IMG/VR virus record: IMGVR_UViG_3300044609_001498
DNA: 64,000 nt
DNA from: an uncultured virus (IMG/VR IMGVR_UViG_3300044609_001498)
Taxonomy: Duplodnaviria; Heunggongvirae; Uroviricota; Caudoviricetes
Reading direction: 5' to 3' (one strand)
Each line of letters starts with the position of its first letter. Position 1 is the stretch's first letter. A model generated the notes under the pieces. That model saw nothing but the letters and a program-made list of their open reading frames with translations. It ran no database searches and was not told the origin of the DNA. Positions 58,319 through 64,000 of the stretch are shown here, piece after piece. Made by a program: the position numbers and the translations under genes.

Positions 58319-59330
58319 TTTTCTCTTTAATGAATTTTTCCACAATAGTAAGAGTAGAGCTGATACATTGATGCATATCAATATAAACATAAAGACCTAA
58401 TCTTCCCATAAAAATTGTCTTTGGATTTTCTATTGCTTGATATTTACTAAAGAGCTCTCTGTTTTTACCTTCAACATCTTTGACTGGATAATATCTTTCA
58501 TTATCATTATCTGCATAATCGCAAGGCTCTTCATAAGTCAAAGTCGTCATTGAGGGATTTTCTCCATGTGCCGGAATATTTTTCCACTCTGTCATTCGAG
58601 TAAATTTACCAGTATGAGTAAAATTCACAGTAACTGCAGGTAACATTTTTGGTGCAGGAAGATCTACAGTATGAAACTTGATTGATCGATAGGGAAGTTC
58701 ACCATAGCAAAAATCATAATATTCATCAATCGGCATACTGTTGAAAACATAATCAAAATTAGCTTCCATACTCTTATGAAATCCAGTTGAAAGATTGATT
58801 TGAATATTTTCATGTTCAAACATATTTTCTACCATCTTAGTATAACCATCTTTTGGCATACATTGAAACTCATCGTCCGGAAAATAAAGATCATTCATAT
58901 CATCTCGAGTAAATTGTTTCACTCGGTTTACAATACCCGGATCAAGTTCTTCAATTTCCTTTCCCCACATTTTCTTTGTGTAAGGTTTAAAGAAAATATC
59001 CAAAATGTTTTCTTCACCAACAATCTCTTTTGTTTCTTTATTCACTGGGAGTGTGACATATCTACCATCTTCCAACTGAGCTTTTACTTTATGAAAGTAA
59101 GGAACCCATTCTGTAAATCTACTTAGATATTTAAAGATCTTTTCATTTCGAGTATGAAAGAGATGTGGTCCATATTTATGAACTCTTATTCCATGTTCAT
59201 TCGTATAATCAAATGCGTTTCCTGCAATGTGATCTCTTTTATCGATAACTGTAACTTTACATCCAGTTTCTGCTAAATGTCTTGAAACTACTGCTCCGCT
59301 TAATCCTGCGCCTACTACTAATATTTTCAT
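58311..59330 (-). CDS. glf: UDP-galactopyranose mutase
   Basis: GAGLSG, HIAGNAFD, HKYGPHLFHT, YTKKMWG, LPYRS, YYPV, GRLG.Y.Y.DM. Confidence 0.95.
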   Translation of the reverse strand: MKILVVGAGLSGAVVSRHLAETGCKVTVIDKRDHIAGNAFDYTNEHGIRVHKYGPHLFHTRNEKIFKYLSRFTEWVPYFHKVKAQLEDGRYVTLPVNKETKEIVGEENILDIFFKPYTKKMWGKEIEELDPGIVNRVKQFTRDDMNDLYFPDDEFQCMPKDGYTKMVENMFEHENIQINLSTGFHKSMEANFDYVFNSMPIDEYYDFCYGELPYRSIKFHTVDLPAPKMLPAVTVNFTHTGKFTRMTEWKNIPAHGENPSMTTLTYEEPCDYADNDNERYYPVKDVEGKNRELFSKYQAIENPKTIFMGRLGLYVYIDMHQCISSTLTIVEKFIKEKNV

Positions 59331-59746
59331 TTTTCTTCTATATTTGTTTTTGAATCGATCATTTTTTGTACCCGAGTTCTGCCTTTTTCTGCAATTGGAA
59401 TTGGATTTCCTTCTTCATCAATATGTACAAATTTGATATGAGTTTTTAAGACAAGAGTCTGTCTGCCAGTGTAAACATTATGAGCTCTTGCCTCTAGGTA
59501 CATCGTGACTGAAGTGTTGCCTAATTCACTTGGCTCTCCGTAAATTTTTAAAAGCTGACTTTCTCTTGCTGGCTTTTCAAAAATACATTTATCAATTGAT
59601 ACAGTAACCATTCTAGGGGTGTCACATAATTGCATGGAATACCCAGCAGCAGCTGCATCGATCCAGGCGAGCAATTTCCCTCCGAAAAGGTTGCCATGAA
59701 AGCCTAAATCTGATTTTTTAATTGGGTGGGTGTTGAGTAATTCCAT
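59327..59746 (-). CDS. hotdog-fold acyl-CoA thioesterase (YciA-like)
   Basis: HGNLFGGKLLAWID, VTVSID..F.KP, GNTS, FVHIDE.G.P. Confidence 0.88.
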   Translation of the reverse strand: MELLNTHPIKKSDLGFHGNLFGGKLLAWIDAAAAGYSMQLCDTPRMVTVSIDKCIFEKPARESQLLKIYGEPSELGNTSVTMYLEARAHNVYTGRQTLVLKTHIKFVHIDEEGNPIPIAEKGRTRVQKMIDSKTNIEEK

Positions 59747-60858
59747 TAAAATAAAGCTATATTTTTGGAAGGTGGTTTAGGTTTATCAGAATCTGCAAAT
59801 GAAATTCCCTTAATCTGATCTTGATACCATTCTAGATCTTGAATATTTTTCCAGTCTTGAGTATTCCAGATTTTATTTAGCAAGGATTCATAATCAGTAT
59901 TTTCAATCTTTTCTTTTACGGTATCAGTATTCACCAAAAGATCTTCACTTATGATTTTTGTTATTTCTGGATGTTGCTCAAAAGCCTGTTCCCATTTACA
60001 TGTATCTAAAATAAAGGGAATGCAAGCTTTTGTAATAGCATCCCAAAATCGAATACTACTAAAATCAGTATCTTCATACGAAGGAATCACAAGAGTAAAT
60101 TCACTCTCTTTAAGCATTTCTGCATAATCGGCTCTTTTTACCGTGGTATCAATTCCTATCTTCGGAAATTTAACCAGAAAATTGACATTTTTAATATCTG
60201 CTAATTGATAATAAAGAGGTTCCCGGTCTTCAGTAACTACTGTAAATCCAAATGCAAATTTCTTTTTCTTTGAATATTTTTTAATCTGCTTTGAAAAACT
60301 CCATTCTACAAAAGGTAGATACTTTGCATCTATTCTTGAGTTCTCATAGAAGAAATATTTTTCTTCAATGCATCCTGTCATTCTATTCCAAGATGCTTCT
60401 TGGGGATCTACATAAACATGAACGACTGGAATTTTCTTTGAAAGATAATAAGGAATGTGATTAACTTCAAAGAAATTTTTCACTGATACAAAAGTAGGTA
60501 GACTATCAGATTCTACTATACCGTTAAAAAAGGAAGTTCCCTTTTCTTCAGCTCCATTTTTAAAGTTTTGCTTTATATCATTATGAATAGTAATTATCTG
60601 AGTTAGATTTTTACTCTTAATTAAATCATCCAAATACTTTTCACGTTCAGAGATACTTTCAATTGTAAAATATTCATCAAGATCAAAAGATTCTATTGCT
60701 GGAAAATTTTCTTCTCCGAATCTTTTTTTAACTTTATCTGGATTTTTACTCAACCACAAAAATCTATTTTGAGGAAAAAGCTCAAGCCATTTTAAAAAAT
60801 GATAGGGTTCATATTCTACTCTTGCAAAAGATGGTCGAGTTCTAATTATTCCAATCAT
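59746..60858 (-). CDS. GT-B glycosyltransferase, putative DNA-modifying
   Basis: YVDPQE, FAFGFT..R, FTLVIPSYE..FSSIRFWDAI...CIPF; operon context. Confidence 0.65.
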   Translation of the reverse strand: MIGIIRTRPSFARVEYEPYHFLKWLELFPQNRFLWLSKNPDKVKKRFGEENFPAIESFDLDEYFTIESISEREKYLDDLIKSKNLTQIITIHNDIKQNFKNGAEEKGTSFFNGIVESDSLPTFVSVKNFFEVNHIPYYLSKKIPVVHVYVDPQEASWNRMTGCIEEKYFFYENSRIDAKYLPFVEWSFSKQIKKYSKKKKFAFGFTVVTEDREPLYYQLADIKNVNFLVKFPKIGIDTTVKRADYAEMLKESEFTLVIPSYEDTDFSSIRFWDAITKACIPFILDTCKWEQAFEQHPEITKIISEDLLVNTDTVKEKIENTDYESLLNKIWNTQDWKNIQDLEWYQDQIKGISFADSDKPKPPSKNIALF

Positions 60859-62012
60859 TAGAATAGTGCAATTACTTTAGGCTTTTCTTTTGGAATTTCT
60901 GTAGCTTGTACACTTTCAAATTCTCCAGTTTCTTCAGGTTCATTTCCGAAGATATGTACTACTTGAGTTTTGTAAAGTTCTTTCATATCCCACTTTTCAA
61001 CAAGCTTTTGTAATTGATCTTCAGTTGAGAAATAACAATCGATATCACCAAAAACTTTCTTTTGTTTGTCGGTTTCAGTCCATACAAAAACAGGAAGACC
61101 TTTTAATAGAGGTTCGTAAAAAGTAGCTCCTAGATATGAAGACTGCTTTCCCTTTCCGATATAAATAGTCCAATCGAATTTTTTCAAGAATGCAGGTAAT
61201 TCAAAATTCTGAATGTATTTTCCATCGCCTGCAATATTTTCTTTTAATTCATCTGAACGAGATCCAGCAAAAGTAATCTCTACATTTCCATTGAAAAGTT
61301 TGTTACAAACTGAAATTCTTTCTGCTGTAAACAGAGGAACATAAACTCCCTTCTTTTCATAACTATTTTTATATTTCATTCCCGAGGTAGGAAGATCATA
61401 TAAAATAATATCTGATAGATAAGAAACTTCAATTCTATCGGTTAGAGTGTCTTTTACATGTACATCAGCCCAGTCTGTGATTTTATTTTCATTCATGAGC
61501 AGAGTAACATTTTCCCAATTTTCGCTTCTTGGAACTCTTTCTAAAATTTGAGGATTATTTTTCAAGAAGTTTTCATTTGTTGATCTTGATTCTAACCAAT
61601 CCCTAATATCATAGAAACCAGAGAATAATTCATCATTGTAGAAAACTGTTGCCTTTTTCGTCCATTTCCCTAGAATTTGAGCAAAATGAATACAGCATTC
61701 TCGAACTACTCCACCAAATGCATTATAATTTTCATGATGGATAAAGAGCATTTCTGCATCTACTACTTGATCGAGAGTTTCTTCTACTAACTCAAATTGA
61801 GTTCCGTTGTAAAGATTAGAGAAATATTCCAGATTATTCTTTCCGATTCCTCCTTTAGTATTACATCTAATATAAAATTTAGCTTCTGGCCAAAGCCTGA
61901 TAGGTAAAGTTACATCTTTAGCTGGTTTTGTTTTCTTCGGATACTTGCCAAAATAGTACACATATACCGATTTCACGGAAGTGTCTGGCTTTTCAAATTT
62001 CGTAACGTTCAT
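60858..62012 (-). CDS. T4 beta-glucosyltransferase-like DNA glycosyltransferase
   Basis: Colinear similarity by eye to T4 Bgt: NAFGG (Bgt NFFGG), KWTKKATVFYND, RISVCNKLF..ITFAG, TIYIG..FYE..D. Confidence 0.7.
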   Translation of the reverse strand: MNVTKFEKPDTSVKSVYVYYFGKYPKKTKPAKDVTLPIRLWPEAKFYIRCNTKGGIGKNNLEYFSNLYNGTQFELVEETLDQVVDAEMLFIHHENYNAFGGVVRECCIHFAQILGKWTKKATVFYNDELFSGFYDIRDWLESRSTNENFLKNNPQILERVPRSENWENVTLLMNENKITDWADVHVKDTLTDRIEVSYLSDIILYDLPTSGMKYKNSYEKKGVYVPLFTAERISVCNKLFNGNVEITFAGSRSDELKENIAGDGKYIQNFELPAFLKKFDWTIYIGKGKQSSYLGATFYEPLLKGLPVFVWTETDKQKKVFGDIDCYFSTEDQLQKLVEKWDMKELYKTQVVHIFGNEPEETGEFESVQATEIPKEKPKVIALF

Positions 62013-62039
62013 ATTAAATTATAATCTTTTTTATTGATA

Positions 62040-62912
62040 TCAGAAAATGTTCTGATAAATCCATTTAAAAATTTCACCTGTTGCTTCTACATCAGATTCG
62101 CCTTTTTCAATTTTATCAATCATTTCCAATACTTTTTCGTTGGGTTTCCCTGATCTATATATCAGGGTCTGATCGATTTTTGGTAAATCTTTTGCAATAA
62201 AATTGTCATCTTTTAACATTTCTTCAACCAGTTGAAAATGTCTTTCATAAATATGAAGAGAATGCGCAAAATGTGTATATGTACCGAGTTCTAAATCTGG
62301 ATATGTAGACTTTAAAAGTTCTAACATTTGGATCTGCAAAACACAGAAGAAAGGAATATCTGTAGGAGTTCCTAAGATGGCATCATTACTTCGCATGTTC
62401 ACAGTAAAATTCAATTTATTTTCTCTGATCTGAAAAATTCCAGTTAGAGTACAAACAAAATCTTTATTTCCACGTCTTTGGTGTTCAGGCATATTAAAAT
62501 GCATAATTGCCTGACGAGTATCTTTATCTTCGACTAATGAATTATAAGCCCATTCCCACTGTGAAATGTTATGCTCATTCTTTTTTGTGAAAATTAAATT
62601 TCCATAAGCAGAATTTAAAGTTCCATCTTCATTTGCAACATGTTGCCAGAACTTTGCGAATCTTTCGATAAAACTTAAATCATTTCTACCAGCAAAGTAC
62701 CATAAAAACTCTGCAGCAATATATTTTTCTTGAGTAGATCTTCTCTCATTTTCATACATTGCAAAGACAGGATTTTCAATTACTAGAGCACAGTCTGTAA
62801 TTTCTCTTATTTCCATTCCCCTAGGCGAACATGTATATTCAGGAGAATTTAAAAGATCGTTCAGAAGATCTCTGTATACAGATGCGAAAGAATTACCCTG
62901 GTATATTTTCAT
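62040..62912 (-). CDS. thymidylate synthase homolog, dCMP hydroxymethylase-type (T4 gp42-like)
   Basis: NSAYG, DTRQA, DFVCT (catalytic Cys), MRSNDAILGTPTD with Asp at the position that is Asn in ThyA, SLHIYERHF. Confidence 0.85.
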   Translation of the reverse strand: MKIYQGNSFASVYRDLLNDLLNSPEYTCSPRGMEIREITDCALVIENPVFAMYENERRSTQEKYIAAEFLWYFAGRNDLSFIERFAKFWQHVANEDGTLNSAYGNLIFTKKNEHNISQWEWAYNSLVEDKDTRQAIMHFNMPEHQRRGNKDFVCTLTGIFQIRENKLNFTVNMRSNDAILGTPTDIPFFCVLQIQMLELLKSTYPDLELGTYTHFAHSLHIYERHFQLVEEMLKDDNFIAKDLPKIDQTLIYRSGKPNEKVLEMIDKIEKGESDVEATGEIFKWIYQNIF

Positions 62913-63462
62913 TTTCTGAATCTAAAATAAAGTCTTTAATAATTTGTGCAATTTCTGTTGGGCTATCTACTCCACAGTCGATCAAGATTTTATTTTGAAT
63001 TTTGCTTTCAAAATAAGCTCTTTCAAACATTTGTTTTTCTTTAGCAATATCTTCTTCGCCTTTGCTTAAAGAATCTCCATCTTCTCTACTGATTAAGATA
63101 GAAGGTTCATTTACCAAAACTACAAGATAAAGATTAGATTTTAGATCTTCGATATATTCTTCTTCAATCTTAAAAACATAATCACCTAAATAATTTCTAT
63201 ATAGAGGAGCATATACAGATTCTCCGAGATGAGATCGATTGAAGATAAAATTTCTATTTTCACCTTTATTCTCTATCATCACATTGAACATATCTCTATA
63301 CATTCTTTCACTATATTCTCTGTTTTGTTCTGGAGTTTCTAGTGGGATTTTGCTATAATGGAAGACATGAAAAGTCTCATCCGAAAAAGACTTTTGTACT
63401 AATCCAACTTGAGTGTCTTTACCACAACGATCTAGACCTTCAAAGATAATATATTTTTGCAT
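62893..63462 (-). CDS. thymidylate kinase-like dNMP kinase
   Basis: IFEGLDRCGKDT P-loop, FNRSHLGE.VY. Confidence 0.85.
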   Translation of the reverse strand: MQKYIIFEGLDRCGKDTQVGLVQKSFSDETFHVFHYSKIPLETPEQNREYSERMYRDMFNVMIENKGENRNFIFNRSHLGESVYAPLYRNYLGDYVFKIEEEYIEDLKSNLYLVVLVNEPSILISREDGDSLSKGEEDIAKEKQMFERAYFESKIQNKILIDCGVDSPTEIAQIIKDFILDSENENIPG

Positions 63463-63493
63463 ATTTGTTATATCAGTTTTTTTACAATTGTTT

Positions 63494-63880
63494 TTACTTT
63501 AGTTTTATTCTTTGATGTAGAGTGTACACTCCTTCGAAAACTCCAAAGTAGTAATACCAATCAGATTTGTTCCAATCTAAAGATTGAATCTTTCTGATAT
63601 CTTTGATTACGAAGGGTGGGAGAATTTCAGTAGAAGAATAAGCTTTAACTTCTATAATCTGTTTCTTTTGATTATAGAGATCATGATATTTAAGATCGCA
63701 GAATTTATATTTTCCAGTTTCGACTAAGTAAAGTTCTGCAACCTTACCCTGCAAAACTGAAGCTCTTAATTCATCATAGCTTCTGCCTCTTCTGCCCGGT
63801 CTTTTGAATATTTGATCGGTTTCTTCATCTACTATTCTATTTAGTAGATCTTTGTCTTTGATATTTTCTATTGTGAACAC
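63494..63880 (-). CDS. PD-(D/E)xK endonuclease-like protein
   Basis: QGKVAELYL..HDL..IIEVK pattern. Confidence 0.55.
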   Translation of the reverse strand: MFTIENIKDKDLLNRIVDEETDQIFKRPGRRGRSYDELRASVLQGKVAELYLVETGKYKFCDLKYHDLYNQKKQIIEVKAYSSTEILPPFVIKDIRKIQSLDWNKSDWYYYFGVFEGVYTLHQRIKLK

Positions 63881-63999
63881 TAAAAATCTGAGTTTTTAAT
63901 CACAATATCAAAGTTATTAAAGTTTTTAAAGTCTTCGCTATCAGCTTGTACTCTTCTCCAAACTGAATCTCCTGGCATATTTCGGGCATCTAGTCTTCT
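63880..63999 (-). CDS. C-terminal end of a guanylate kinase-like protein (5' part outside the window)
   Basis: RRLDARNMPGDSVWRRVQADSEDFKNFNNFDIVIKNSDF*. Confidence 0.5.
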   Translation of the reverse strand, partial: RRLDARNMPGDSVWRRVQADSEDFKNFNNFDIVIKNSDF

Positions 64000-64000
64000 G

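Noticed and set aside
189..59126. Other short plus-strand ORFs in the track
   Set aside because: All lie antisense to well-supported minus-strand genes and show no recognisable motifs
62040..62912. Second canonical thymidylate synthase
   Set aside because: Lacks the ThyA PFN and LPPCH signatures and has the Asp typical of dCMP-modifying enzymes
1..64000. Stop-codon reassignment
   Set aside because: Code 11 gives full-length conserved enzymes and dense packing; TAG and TGA both end genes

Overview
AT-rich, gene-dense segment with essentially every real gene on the minus strand. It is best explained as part of a large (jumbo) phage genome infecting a Bacteroidota host. The host call rests on a T9SS C-terminal sorting domain, a TAnnTTTG promoter element, A-rich leaders without Shine-Dalgarno sites and a short RpoD-like sigma factor. 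Contents: a surface module (CsgG-like lipoprotein, cohesin/dockerin T9SS cargo); two large glycan-synthesis islands (about 6.6-16.6 kb and 28.7-42.8 kb) with an Aah/TibC-type protein O-heptosyltransferase fusion, gmd/fcl, GT2/GT10/GT25 enzymes and methyltransferases; two sigma factors, ThyA, ClpP/ClpC, Hsp20 and PhoH; Gly-Ser-Thr repeat and LamG fibre-like proteins; and two RimK-like ligases with T4-like capsid-targeting N-termini. The strongest candidate for a new system is a tightly coupled operon at 57.6-63.5 kb: dNMP kinase, dCMP-type hydroxymethylase, two GT-B glycosyltransferases (one resembling T4 beta-glucosyltransferase, both ending in IALF), a thioesterase, UDP-galactopyranose mutase and a methyltransferase. 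It suggests cytosine hypermodification with an unusual, possibly furanose or methylated, sugar. Two phage promoter motifs, a sigma54-like promoter, a slippery A9 site and several recombination scars were read directly from the DNA. All family calls come from motif recognition by eye, not database searches. No tRNA, rRNA or CRISPR array was recognised.
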